Shown here: positions 48,105 through 58,761 of the stretch, piece after piece | Position numbering within the stretch: the first letter of the stretch is position 1 | Layout of the letters: the number at the start of each line of letters is the position of its first letter | Assembly: GCA_018698135.1 (NCBI GenBank) | Contig: JABINZ010000274.1 | Coordinates: 7,686 to 71,685, forward strand | DNA: 64,000 nt | Direction of reading: 5' to 3' | From: Bacteroidota bacterium | Lineage (GTDB): Bacteria; Bacteroidota; Bacteroidia; CAILMK01; JAAYUY01 | Position numbers and translations under genes: made by a program | The notes under the pieces: generated by a model | The model's input: the letters and a program-made list of their open reading frames with translations, nothing else | What the model was told of the DNA's origin: nothing | The model's database searches: none

Positions 48105-51100
48105 ATGCGTATAAAAGGTGCCTTCTTGTTCTGTTTTCTCTTATTTAGTAGCCTGCTTGGTTTAGCACAATTGAATGGAAGTTATACGATTAAACCTTCT
48201 TTGTCAAACTTTTCAGGAAATCCTAATGGCATTTCTGGCAAAAATTACACCTCCTTAAATAATGCAGTATCTGCTTTAAAGAATTATGGAATAAGTGGAC
48301 AAGTTACTTTTAATATTGATTCAGGCAGTTATAATGAACAGATATCCATTCCTTCAATTACGGGTGCTTCTGCTACAAGTCGAATAGTTTTTCAATCGGC
48401 AAATGGAGATAGCAGTTCCGTACATATTAAGTTCAATAATTCAAATTCCAATACTAATTATGTTATTCAATTAAACGGTGGTGACTACTTAACTTTCCGT
48501 CAACTCACAGTTATTGCAAGCGGAAAATTTTTTGGTAGAGTTATAGAACTTACAAATAATGCTAATTACAATATCATCAGTAATTGTAAAATTAATGCAG
48601 AGAATGGAAATTCTTCCTATTCAGCCGGAATTTATGCCTATTCTAGTTCTATCGATTGTTACAATACAATTACAAACAACTTGATAGTTGGAGGATATTA
48701 TGGTTTGACATTTTATGGTTACCATGAAACGGGTAATAACGTAATTGGAAATACTATTAAAGATTTTTATTATGTCGGCATTAATTTGAGGTATCAGGAT
48801 TCTTTTCTTTTAGAGAACAATACGATTACCAGTTTAAATCAATCCTCACATATTATTGGGATTTACCTTTATAGTACATTAAACGAAGGAAAAGTATGTC
48901 AAAACAAAATCAATCTCAGTTCAACCTCATCTTGCACAGGAATCTATCATTCAGGTAATCAAAGTACTTTAATAGCCAATAATTTTATTAGTATTCAAGG
49001 TTATGGTTCAGCTACTTTATATGGATTAAATTTTACGTATTCTTCAAATTGCATAATTGCTAATAATTCAGTAAGCATACGATCAAATTCGACATATAGT
49101 AGTTATGCCATATATTTAAGAAATTCTACATATCTAGGAATCTATGTAAAAAATAACATATTTGCCAATTATGCCGGTGGATATAGTATGTATATCAGGG
49201 ATTATTCAAATTTTGCTGATTCATTGTTTTCTGATTATAACAACTTATACTCCAATGGCTCTAATCTGGTTTATTGGAATACTTCATTTACTAATCTTAC
49301 TCATTGGCAGAATAATAGTGGAAGAGATTTACACTCTGTATCACTTGATCCTCATTTTTTGTCTAACACTGATTTACATATTAATACTGTGGGCCTGAAT
49401 AATAAGGGGATTGCATTAGCAGCAGTTAACAAAGATATTGATGGGGAAATCAGATCCTCTACTCCTGATATTGGTGCTGATGAATTTTTTCCAGCACAAT
49501 ATGATGTAACGATTGTCGAACTAGTTAAACCAACTGCTCTTGCACCAGGATCAAATCCAATTGTTGTGAAAATTAAAAATTTCGGAGATTCTACACTGAA
49601 TAGTTTATCAATTAATTGGGAAGTGAATGATGTTTCTCAAACAACGGCTTCCTTTTCATCTTTGTCTCTTAATAAGTATGCTGAAACAACTGTTACTATT
49701 GGAAATTTTGCATTTTCTGATGGAAATTATTATACTCTAAAAATATGGACATCCTCCCCAAATGGACATGTTGATGACAATCCTTCTAATGATACTTTTT
49801 GTGTTCATGGCATAAGGACAGCATTATCAGGTGAATTCACTATTGGTGATAGTTTAGCCGATTATCCTGATTTTTCTTCTGCAATAAACGAATTAATTGA
49901 AAGGGGAGTTTGTGGTGCTGTTAAATACAGGGTTTTCGATGGAATATACAAGGAACAACTTAGCATTCCTGAAATTAAAGGAGCATCTTCTACTCATCCC
50001 ATAACTTTCGAATCATATAATAAAGACAGCAGCAAAGTCGAAATCCAATACTCAAGCCCTTATTCAAATGATTTTGTCATTGAGCTAAGAGGTGCTGATT
50101 ATATCCATTTTAAATTCCTGACTATTCGATCAACTTCATCACATCGCCCCAAAGTAATAGAACTTAGTCTGGAGGCAAACAATAATACCTTTTCGAACAA
50201 CAGACTCATCTGCAATTCAAGTTTGAATCCGTATTATTCTCATGTCATTTTCAGTAATTCACAAAATAATGATAGCAATTCATTCATCCATAATATAATT
50301 GATGGCGGTGAATATTCATTGTATTTAAGAGGTGAAAGTTCTAACAACTACAATCAAAACATTATTATCAAAGACAATTTAATTACCAATTTTACCTACC
50401 AAGCAGTCTCTATGCAATATCAGGAAAGTCCTATAATTTCAGGGAATACTATTGTTTCAAGTTCAATCAATTCTTACTCAACAGGCATATCACTAATCCA
50501 ATGTTCTGGTCCAGTATTTATTTGCAATAACAATATTAAACTAACAGACATAACCCTTGCTAATGGTATTAATTTGGAAAAATGTATTGGAACTGTAAAT
50601 TCCAGAGTTAAAATATACAACAACTTCATTTTATTATCTGGAAATGTCAATGCATCATCAAACGGTTTTTATATCTCCAGAGGAGAATACAATACAATTG
50701 CCAACAATACAGTTAAGATAATGTCAACTTCTGTAAGCTCCTCAAACGCTCTTTATTTGTATGGTGGATCAAACATAGAAATACTTAATAATAATCTCAC
50801 TCATTTTTCAGGAGGATATGCCATTAATTCCCCTTACCAGCCCTCAATATTGAGTTCAGACTACAACAATTTATATTCTACAGGAACATACTTGGGTAGA
50901 TGGAACAATCAGAATGTTTTAAGTTTAAGCTCATGGAAATCCAAAAGCTCCTTAGACTCACATTCAGTATCCACAGATCCATTGTTTTTGGATAATGATA
51001 ATTTGCATATTTATTCTCAAGTATTGGATGGAGCAGGATCTCCAATTTCATACATAAATAAAGATATTGATTACGAAACAAGAAATGTAAGCCAACCAGA

Positions 51101-54100
51101 TATTGGTGCTGATGAATACAGTTTCAAAGAATATGATGTTGCTTTGCTTAAACTGAACTCAGCAAGTACTGCTTGCGATAATAGCAAAACAGGTATCAGT
51201 ATTAAGATACGAAATGTAGGTTTAAAAGGTATTTCAAGCCTTAAAACATATTGGAGTATCAATGATTCAGTTCAGGCAATAAAAACAATATCCTGCTATC
51301 TCCCTCCCGCCACAACTCTTACACTAACTATTGATTCACATACTTTTTCTGGAAGGCAAGCCCATGAACTAAAAATATGGGTGGACACATTAAATATCAA
51401 TAAGCCTGACCAATATCATAGAAATGATACGCTGAAATATTCTTTCCGTCCTGCTATGAAAGGAACCTATACAATAGGTCATTCAGCCAGAGACTATAAT
51501 AGCTTTACAGAGGCTGTTGATGACCTCATCACTTCAAGCATATGCGGCTCGGTTGTATTCATCGTGGATACTGGCTTTTATGATGAGCAAATTAGCATTC
51601 CTCCTATTATCGGAACATCAGCCACAAATACAATTACGTTTACAACTACAGTAAAAGACAGTACAAAAACAATCATTCATTACAACTCTTTGTCCAGTTA
51701 CGATAATTATATCCTTCAACTAGTTGGTGCCGATTACATCAGGTTTGAGTATTTTAATTTTCAATGCAGTAATGTCGTGTCAGATATGAGATGCATTTAC
51801 ATTACAAATGGCTCTCATCATAACATTTTTCGCAACAATAAAATCGGCTTTCAAAATTCTAATACGCTAAATATAAGTGGCATTTATTCAACTTCACAAC
51901 TTAATAATTACAATAAAATAGTGAATAACTATGTTGAAAATTGCAGGAATGGGATCATTTTAAATGGTGCAGATAAAGGAAACTTGATAAAAGACAATGT
52001 GATTACTGGATTCTCAAGTTCAGGGATATACGTAAACAATCAAGATAGTATTATAGTAGATGCCAATATAATTAGTGGTCATGGTTATTATGGCATTAAT
52101 TTCAATTCCTGCATTAATGGTTCAAAGTTAATCAACAATAGAATTATTTTGTATTCTGGTTCATCCTCAATTCTTGGAATATATGCCAGATATAATAGTG
52201 GAACAGCTTCGGAGAGAATATTGATAGCGAATAATTTTATTAGTTCTTTCTCTGGCAATTCCATTTCAGGGATGTATGTATTAAACAACAACTATATCAA
52301 TATCTTTCACAATTCTATTAACCTCTTATCAAGTGGAGGAAATTCGAATTATGCTATTCGTTTTCGATCATCATCATCTGGGAAATATGGTAACATTAAC
52401 TTTAAAAATAATATTGTTTTAAATAAAGGAATAGGATATGCAATTATTGTTGAAGATGATACTGCATCCATGAGTCATCTGAATAATTCAGATTACAATA
52501 TCTTTTATACCAATGGGCCAAGCTTTGGCGTTTATGGTACAACAAGCATAAACGATATTAACCATTGGCAAAAAATTACATCAAAGGATAAGAACTCTTT
52601 TACGGCTTTACCTCTTTTTATAAACGATAGCGACCTGCATTTATTAAGTCCCAGAAAATACAGGATAAATAATCCACTACCTGCAGTTACCACAGATATC
52701 GATGGTGAAATTAGAAGCAAGGTCAAACCAATTGTTGGTGCCGATGACCTCCATGTATATGCGCTGGATGCCGCTGCGCTACAGCTTACAAATCCACTTT
52801 CAACAACTTGTGAAGGCCCTTCTGAATTCTATGCTAAAATAATTAATGAAGCATCTGAACCAATGGACAGTGTAGAAATCGAATGGTCGGTTAATGGCAA
52901 TATTCATCAACCCATTAAATATTTTGGTAGAATAAGAAGCTTTGAAGAGGTCACAGTATATTTAGGTATTGATTCATTAAACGCAACTTTAAAAAACGAA
53001 GCAATTATAAAAACGAAAAATCCAAATGGTTTTGCAGATCAAAATCCTGTGAACGACAGTATATATATTGATAATTTCAAGATATTTCAAGCTCCCATAA
53101 TCTCAAAAATATACCATGACACAATTTGCCGTAATAGCGATGCATTACTGAAAGTAAGTGGTAAAGCTGAAAATTATTTATGGTACGATAAAGCCAATAG
53201 TACGAATCCCATTTCAGAAGATTCCTTTTATGTATTGAAAAATCTGCAAAAATCCAAAATGTTATTTGTTGAAGGAGTGACGGGTGGACTTCCAGACAGT
53301 CTACAAACTTATCTCCTGAATCACAATCTGCAGATGGGTATGGGAAATATGTTTAATATGAAAGCGTTAAACGATGACCTTGTTATTGATAGTTTTGGGG
53401 TATTGATAAACGCTAAAAAGGGCATTCCAGTGCCCATTGCAGTATATTACAAATATGGAACATTTACCAATTATGAAAAAGACTCAAATGCATGGACATT
53501 AGTAGGACTGGATACCATGATTTCAAGAGGTCAAAATGAATATACTCCTGTATCATTCGGAAATATAAAAGTAAAAGAAGGAGAATATGTAGCCATTTAT
53601 ATAAGTTCAACGAATCCAGATTTTTTACTATACTCAACGGAAGGAGCTCTATCTTTTTCAAATTCTGACTTGAAGATATCTTGTGGAATTATGAGTTATT
53701 ACCCCTTTGATGCTTATTTTGAAAAACAGAAAACATGGAATGGAATTGTTTATTATTCCAAAGGCGTGTTATGCCGATCAGAAAGAGATTCCGTTTATGC
53801 CCATGTTAATAAAGTTCCTCATGTAAATTTAGGGATTGACACCAATTTTTGTCTCATTACTCCCCTTATTCTTGATGCAGGTGCAGGACCAGGTTTTAAG
53901 TATAATTGGAAATATGACTTGCAGTCAGACACCATTTCTACTGCACAACAATTAACCATCGACTCATCAGGCAGGTATTCTGTCCAAGTGACTGATAGTT
54001 GCGGTTTTACAGCATATGATGAGAAAGCTGTCATTATTAGAGAAAATCCTGTAGCTGAGTTTACAATTAATGATAGTTCTCAATGCATGAATGAACACAA

Positions 54101-55040
54101 ATTTGTGTTTTACAATGCATCAATAGCTCCAACTGGAGGCAAAATATGGTCCTATTGGGATTTTGGAGATGGCGATCATTCACTCTTCAATCAGCCTGAG
54201 CATTTGTACAAAACTACTGGCATCTATCCTGTCAAACTTGTTATTTTTGCAGATAATGGCTGTAGTGATACTACGCATTATGATAGTTTAAAACTATTCT
54301 CTTCCCCACAATCTGGTTTTCTGGTTAATAAGGATACTCAGTGTTTGAATGAGAATAATTTTAGTTTTTTCAATGCAAGTTCACTGAGTCAGGCAACACT
54401 TCAGTATTATTGGTTTTTTGATGATGGTGGCGTTTCAAGGCAAAAAGATGTCAATTACAAGTATAGTCTGGCTGGTAAATACAACGTCATGTTAGTAGCA
54501 ATATCAGAAAATGATTGTAACGACACAACAAGCCATAGTATATTAGTTAAGCCTTCTCCTTACGTATTTTTAGGCAATGACACCAGCTTAAAAACCAATC
54601 AATCAATTCTGCTGAGTGCTGGCCAAGGATTTGACAGCTATCAATGGTCGGATGGAGGAAATAAAGATACAGTATTGATCCAATCGCCCTATGCACAGAC
54701 AAAAACAGTCTGGGTAATAGTTCAAAAAGATGGCTGCCCAAACTACGACTCAATTAATATTCATTTCGACTCACTAATTGGTATGTATGAATCCTTTTCA
54801 AATACTGAATTGCATATTTTCCCAAATCCAGTAACTGATTATTTGAATATTATTTCTAAAACTAAAATTCAGCATCCGCTTGAACTAAGTATCTATTCAT
54901 CTTCTGGAAAACTCATCAGTAATCATGAAATGTGCTACGAAACAAATAAAATAGATACCAGACAGTTATGCAGGGGTACCTACTTCCTTAGCATAGTTAA
55001 AGATGGTAAGTTGAGCGTATTCAAATTTGTGAAACAGTAA
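48105..55040 (+). CDS. Giant T9SS-secreted protein (2311 aa): 3 x [parallel beta-helix + CARDB-like] modules, central domain, PKD domains, Por_Secre_tail; paralog of 1697..6967
   Basis: Signal peptide. LNGSYTIKPS…, LSGEFTIGDSLADYPDF…, MKGTYTIGHSARDY… module starts each carry N-x-I-x-N beta-helix repeats. Each is followed by a …DIDGEIRS…DIGADE(F/Y)… segment. PKD WDFGDGDHSLFNQPEHLY. C-terminus LHIFPNPVTDYLNII…GTYFLSIVKDGKLSVFKFVKQ. Confidence 0.8.
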   Translation: MRIKGAFLFCFLLFSSLLGLAQLNGSYTIKPSLSNFSGNPNGISGKNYTSLNNAVSALKNYGISGQVTFNIDSGSYNEQISIPSITGASATSRIVFQSANGDSSSVHIKFNNSNSNTNYVIQLNGGDYLTFRQLTVIASGKFFGRVIELTNNANYNIISNCKINAENGNSSYSAGIYAYSSSIDCYNTITNNLIVGGYYGLTFYGYHETGNNVIGNTIKDFYYVGINLRYQDSFLLENNTITSLNQSSHIIGIYLYSTLNEGKVCQNKINLSSTSSCTGIYHSGNQSTLIANNFISIQGYGSATLYGLNFTYSSNCIIANNSVSIRSNSTYSSYAIYLRNSTYLGIYVKNNIFANYAGGYSMYIRDYSNFADSLFSDYNNLYSNGSNLVYWNTSFTNLTHWQNNSGRDLHSVSLDPHFLSNTDLHINTVGLNNKGIALAAVNKDIDGEIRSSTPDIGADEFFPAQYDVTIVELVKPTALAPGSNPIVVKIKNFGDSTLNSLSINWEVNDVSQTTASFSSLSLNKYAETTVTIGNFAFSDGNYYTLKIWTSSPNGHVDDNPSNDTFCVHGIRTALSGEFTIGDSLADYPDFSSAINELIERGVCGAVKYRVFDGIYKEQLSIPEIKGASSTHPITFESYNKDSSKVEIQYSSPYSNDFVIELRGADYIHFKFLTIRSTSSHRPKVIELSLEANNNTFSNNRLICNSSLNPYYSHVIFSNSQNNDSNSFIHNIIDGGEYSLYLRGESSNNYNQNIIIKDNLITNFTYQAVSMQYQESPIISGNTIVSSSINSYSTGISLIQCSGPVFICNNNIKLTDITLANGINLEKCIGTVNSRVKIYNNFILLSGNVNASSNGFYISRGEYNTIANNTVKIMSTSVSSSNALYLYGGSNIEILNNNLTHFSGGYAINSPYQPSILSSDYNNLYSTGTYLGRWNNQNVLSLSSWKSKSSLDSHSVSTDPLFLDNDNLHIYSQVLDGAGSPISYINKDIDYETRNVSQPDIGADEYSFKEYDVALLKLNSASTACDNSKTGISIKIRNVGLKGISSLKTYWSINDSVQAIKTISCYLPPATTLTLTIDSHTFSGRQAHELKIWVDTLNINKPDQYHRNDTLKYSFRPAMKGTYTIGHSARDYNSFTEAVDDLITSSICGSVVFIVDTGFYDEQISIPPIIGTSATNTITFTTTVKDSTKTIIHYNSLSSYDNYILQLVGADYIRFEYFNFQCSNVVSDMRCIYITNGSHHNIFRNNKIGFQNSNTLNISGIYSTSQLNNYNKIVNNYVENCRNGIILNGADKGNLIKDNVITGFSSSGIYVNNQDSIIVDANIISGHGYYGINFNSCINGSKLINNRIILYSGSSSILGIYARYNSGTASERILIANNFISSFSGNSISGMYVLNNNYINIFHNSINLLSSGGNSNYAIRFRSSSSGKYGNINFKNNIVLNKGIGYAIIVEDDTASMSHLNNSDYNIFYTNGPSFGVYGTTSINDINHWQKITSKDKNSFTALPLFINDSDLHLLSPRKYRINNPLPAVTTDIDGEIRSKVKPIVGADDLHVYALDAAALQLTNPLSTTCEGPSEFYAKIINEASEPMDSVEIEWSVNGNIHQPIKYFGRIRSFEEVTVYLGIDSLNATLKNEAIIKTKNPNGFADQNPVNDSIYIDNFKIFQAPIISKIYHDTICRNSDALLKVSGKAENYLWYDKANSTNPISEDSFYVLKNLQKSKMLFVEGVTGGLPDSLQTYLLNHNLQMGMGNMFNMKALNDDLVIDSFGVLINAKKGIPVPIAVYYKYGTFTNYEKDSNAWTLVGLDTMISRGQNEYTPVSFGNIKVKEGEYVAIYISSTNPDFLLYSTEGALSFSNSDLKISCGIMSYYPFDAYFEKQKTWNGIVYYSKGVLCRSERDSVYAHVNKVPHVNLGIDTNFCLITPLILDAGAGPGFKYNWKYDLQSDTISTAQQLTIDSSGRYSVQVTDSCGFTAYDEKAVIIRENPVAEFTINDSSQCMNEHKFVFYNASIAPTGGKIWSYWDFGDGDHSLFNQPEHLYKTTGIYPVKLVIFADNGCSDTTHYDSLKLFSSPQSGFLVNKDTQCLNENNFSFFNASSLSQATLQYYWFFDDGGVSRQKDVNYKYSLAGKYNVMLVAISENDCNDTTSHSILVKPSPYVFLGNDTSLKTNQSILLSAGQGFDSYQWSDGGNKDTVLIQSPYAQTKTVWVIVQKDGCPNYDSINIHFDSLIGMYESFSNTELHIFPNPVTDYLNIISKTKIQHPLELSIYSSSGKLISNHEMCYETNKIDTRQLCRGTYFLSIVKDGKLSVFKFVKQ

Positions 55041-55299
55041 AGTACTAAGAAATTAACTCAATTAGTATTTCAGTAATATGTAATTACCTACTAGACAGCA
55101 TTCTGTCAATAAGTTTATTGAGATCACTACATACAAATATCACATGGTAATGAATGAAAATATGTTTCTGTACTATCTCAAATTTTTAACCTATTTATTG
55201 CAGCATCCCTATTTGACTTATTTTTTATTTCACAGATGCTTTTAATAATCTTATTTTTACTTTATTAATTGTACACGCTAATCATTAAAATTAACAATT

Positions 55300-58200
55300 T
55301 TGTCCAAACTGTTTTCTAAAATTGATTTAGAAAAGGTCCTGAATGTAAAAAAGAGCGAATTTGGCTTTGTCAAATTACTGTTCTTTCATAATTTCTTTCA
55401 GGGTGTGGGTTTGGCACTTTTCTTTACAGCAGCCAATGCTATATTTCTGGCTCAGGCTTCAGTCAAATCGCTTCCTTTAGTTTACATACTTTCTGCAGTC
55501 CTCTTATTATTCATTGGCAGTCTCTATTCATATATTGAGAAACGCTATTCGGTTAAACGATTATTGCAATTTTCATTAGGATTATTGGTTGTCAGCATAT
55601 TAGGTATTCGCATTGGATTGCAATTCTCAGAAAGTTTATGGATTGCATTTGCCATGATGATGTGGTATAGGGTAACTTCTTTGCTAAACTATCTTGAATT
55701 TTGGGGTTTATCAGCCATGTTATTAGATGTAAGACAAAGCAAGCGTCTTTTTGGCTTAGTAAGTTCAGGAGAAGTATCAGCCAAGCTTTTGGGTTATTTT
55801 TCGGTACCAGCTTTAGTTCCGCTTATTGGGAATAAAAATCTAATCCTTATTGCAGCGATGGCCTTTATGGTTTGTTTACTTTTCCTGAACCAAATCATAA
55901 AAAAATATGGTAAACATAAAATTGATCAATCCACAGTAAAAAAAGTAGTAGATAATTCGGAAAGCCTTTTAAAGAAATACCTTAAAAGTGACTTTATAAT
56001 TTTACTTTCCATCCTATCTTTTGTTGCCATCGTTTCATTCACATTTATTGATTTTGCCTTTTTAAGTAATGTGCAGAACAAATACACTACAGGTGAAGAA
56101 ATAGCTGTTTTCTTTGGGTTATTCTTTGGTATTAACAAAGGAGTAACCATTTTAATCAAAATGTTTTTAACAGGACGAATAATCGACAAACTAGGCATTA
56201 AACACAGCCTGTTATTTTTACCTATTGTATTCATTATCATAACAGCCGGTATTATTTTTTACCGTTTATTCTCTGCTGAAGAAGCTTTGCTCTTTAGTTT
56301 ATTTGCTACACTTGCCTTTTCTCTTGAGTTATTTAGATACTCCATCTTTGAACCTGTTTTCTTTTCATTGATCCAACCCTTAAGTAAAAAGTTACGCTTA
56401 TTCGGACATACTATTGTGAATGGATTCTTAAATCCTATAGCTCTGGCCGTAGCAGGTATTACCTTATTCTTGCTTATTTATTTTCAGGATCAAATTAATT
56501 TGGGTTTGGTGAGTTATCTTTTGATATTCACTTTAGTTGTCTGGATGGTTATTGTGTTTATTACCAATAGGCAATACATTATTGTGCTTCAAAATGCGGT
56601 GAAAAAACGATTCTTTGAAGGCTCAGAAATGCCCATTCAAGGCAAGCTAATTAAGAATATTCTATTAAAGAAACTGAATAGCCCCTATCCTGAAGAAACA
56701 ATTTATTCATCCGAGCTCTTATTTAAGCTAGATGAGAAAGATGAAGAAACCATTATACCAGAACTGCTCAAACATCCCTCTGATGAGGTGAAAAAATATG
56801 CTTTTAGTAAAATTGAATCAGAAAAAATAAAAGGTCTGGAGTTATTAATATACTCCTTCATCGTTTCTGGACAAAGTAGTCAGGTCAGGGAAGCAGCCAT
56901 TCGCGCTTACTGTATGGTTGAGCAAAATGAACTTAGCAATATTTTCCCTTTTCTTGAGGATAAAGATCCACACATTCGGACAGGTGCCATTACTGGTTTA
57001 CTCAAAAGTGGGGATTTGGAGCCGGTGGTATTAGCAGGTCAACAATTACTTTTACTCATACAATCAACTAATTCGCAGGAAAATATTATTGCTGCACATA
57101 TCATACGCGATTTAGCCATAAAAAACTTCTTTCAACCCATTCTAGACTTTTTTGAAAACAAGGATCCCGCTCTTGTTCGAGCTGCCATTGAAGCAAGTGC
57201 AACATCGCTTAACCCAAGGTTTATTCCTTATTTGATTGATTTTCTAAAACATACAGTTTATAGCGAGTTGGCCATGCAGGCATTATCAAGTTTTGGTGAT
57301 GTGAGCACAAGTTATATTCAAACTTTTGCTGACAAATTACCTGCTAAGGAATATCATATATCACAAATTGTAAGATTGTGTAGAGTTTTGGGCAATATTG
57401 CCAGTCCACACGCACAGCAGATATTATTGAAATTTATGAACTTTAGTGTTTGTAAAATCCAGAATGAAGCATTGATTAGTTTGCGGAAATCGAATTATAA
57501 AGTGTCTGGTGACGATTCTCTGATTCGAAACAAATTTGATGATCAGTTCAATCAGGCTAGTTGGCTATATCAGGCAATTTTCATCCTCAATCAACAAAAA
57601 TCTTTAAATAAGAGACTTGTTACTGCATTGGATATTGAATTGCTAATCGTTAAGGAGAACCTCTTTAATTTACTTTCTTTCCTATACGATACGCGAACTG
57701 TGTATAAAGCCAGAGAAGGCTTGCTGGCAGATTTTTCAGAACGTAAAGCCAATGCACTCGAGATAATTGATAATTTGATTAGCAAAAAAATGGCAATCAA
57801 GTTGTCTGTTATATTCGAAGATATGCCTTTGGATGAAAGAGTGAAAAAACTGGACGTGTTTAAAGTTAAAGTAGCATCCGAATTAGTATCTATTCCCGAA
57901 ACCATATTGCGGGAAAAAGACAATAAATTCAATCGATGGACACAAGTTTCAGCCATCATATCAATACTTGATTTCGTTAAATTTGAACTTACTCCACTCC
58001 TCTTACCTTATCTGGATAACCAGAACAAATTACTTAGTGAAGCAGCCCAAAACACACTTTTCCGTATCAACCAAAACGCAACATTCAACAGTAATGTTTT
58101 GGAAGGATATATCGAAAACAATAAATTTGAATCACTTATGGAAAACAGTTCGCATGGAAGCCTTCTTGATATCGAAAAGGTGATTATTTTAAAAAGCACC

Positions 58201-58593
58201 AGTTTGTTTACTGAAACCCCGGAAAACATTTTAGTGGATATTGCCAACATTATTAAGGAAGAACGTATTGAAGAAGGGCAAAGCATATTCACTAAAGGCG
58301 ACATGGGAACCTGTATGTATATTATTAACGAAGGTGAAGTAAACATCCATGATGGCGACCTAAGTCTTGCTGTACTTAAAAATCGTGATTTCTTTGGGGA
58401 ATTAGCACTACTTGATCCAGAACCCCGCTCCGCTTCTGCCAAGGCATCAAAAGACACATTATTACTGCGCCTTGATCAGGAAGCATTTTATGAATTGATG
58501 TCGGAACGCATGGAAGTCGCTAAAGGAATTCTTAAAATCCTTTGTCGCAGAATTAGAAATCAAAATGACGTAATTGCTGGATTGAAAAAATAA
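55300..58593 (+). CDS. Multidomain membrane protein: N-terminal TLC/MFS-like transporter domain, central HEAT/ARM-like repeats, C-terminal cyclic-nucleotide-binding (CAP-family) domain
   Basis: Residues about 1-430 have about 11-12 TM helices. Residues 470-700 have repeated …L..D.(D/S)..VR..A… helical pairs (HEAT-like). C-terminus FTKGDMGTCMYIINEGEVNI…FFGELALLDPEPRSASAKA… is a canonical cNMP-binding beta-roll (FGE…RSA). Start is the TTG at 55300 per the ORF track (uncertain). Confidence 0.65.
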   Translation: MSKLFSKIDLEKVLNVKKSEFGFVKLLFFHNFFQGVGLALFFTAANAIFLAQASVKSLPLVYILSAVLLLFIGSLYSYIEKRYSVKRLLQFSLGLLVVSILGIRIGLQFSESLWIAFAMMMWYRVTSLLNYLEFWGLSAMLLDVRQSKRLFGLVSSGEVSAKLLGYFSVPALVPLIGNKNLILIAAMAFMVCLLFLNQIIKKYGKHKIDQSTVKKVVDNSESLLKKYLKSDFIILLSILSFVAIVSFTFIDFAFLSNVQNKYTTGEEIAVFFGLFFGINKGVTILIKMFLTGRIIDKLGIKHSLLFLPIVFIIITAGIIFYRLFSAEEALLFSLFATLAFSLELFRYSIFEPVFFSLIQPLSKKLRLFGHTIVNGFLNPIALAVAGITLFLLIYFQDQINLGLVSYLLIFTLVVWMVIVFITNRQYIIVLQNAVKKRFFEGSEMPIQGKLIKNILLKKLNSPYPEETIYSSELLFKLDEKDEETIIPELLKHPSDEVKKYAFSKIESEKIKGLELLIYSFIVSGQSSQVREAAIRAYCMVEQNELSNIFPFLEDKDPHIRTGAITGLLKSGDLEPVVLAGQQLLLLIQSTNSQENIIAAHIIRDLAIKNFFQPILDFFENKDPALVRAAIEASATSLNPRFIPYLIDFLKHTVYSELAMQALSSFGDVSTSYIQTFADKLPAKEYHISQIVRLCRVLGNIASPHAQQILLKFMNFSVCKIQNEALISLRKSNYKVSGDDSLIRNKFDDQFNQASWLYQAIFILNQQKSLNKRLVTALDIELLIVKENLFNLLSFLYDTRTVYKAREGLLADFSERKANALEIIDNLISKKMAIKLSVIFEDMPLDERVKKLDVFKVKVASELVSIPETILREKDNKFNRWTQVSAIISILDFVKFELTPLLLPYLDNQNKLLSEAAQNTLFRINQNATFNSNVLEGYIENNKFESLMENSSHGSLLDIEKVIILKSTSLFTETPENILVDIANIIKEERIEEGQSIFTKGDMGTCMYIINEGEVNIHDGDLSLAVLKNRDFFGELALLDPEPRSASAKASKDTLLLRLDQEAFYELMSERMEVAKGILKILCRRIRNQNDVIAGLKK

Positions 58594-58761
58594 ATGGACA
58601 GCTAAACGACATCTTCATTTCATAGTTTATCTGATTATTGATTCTCAGATATTTATACTAAAATATAAAATATTCTTATATTTACAATTGCTGGATACAC
58701 AATCCATTCCTACTTCCTAAACTAATTTGCCCATTTAATACTTTATTGTCTGCAAATTTCT

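Noticed and set aside
55041-55075. Hairpin GACAG-CATT-CTGTC after the 2311-aa gene as a terminator
   Set aside because: It has only 5 bp and no downstream U-tract, so it is too weak to call.
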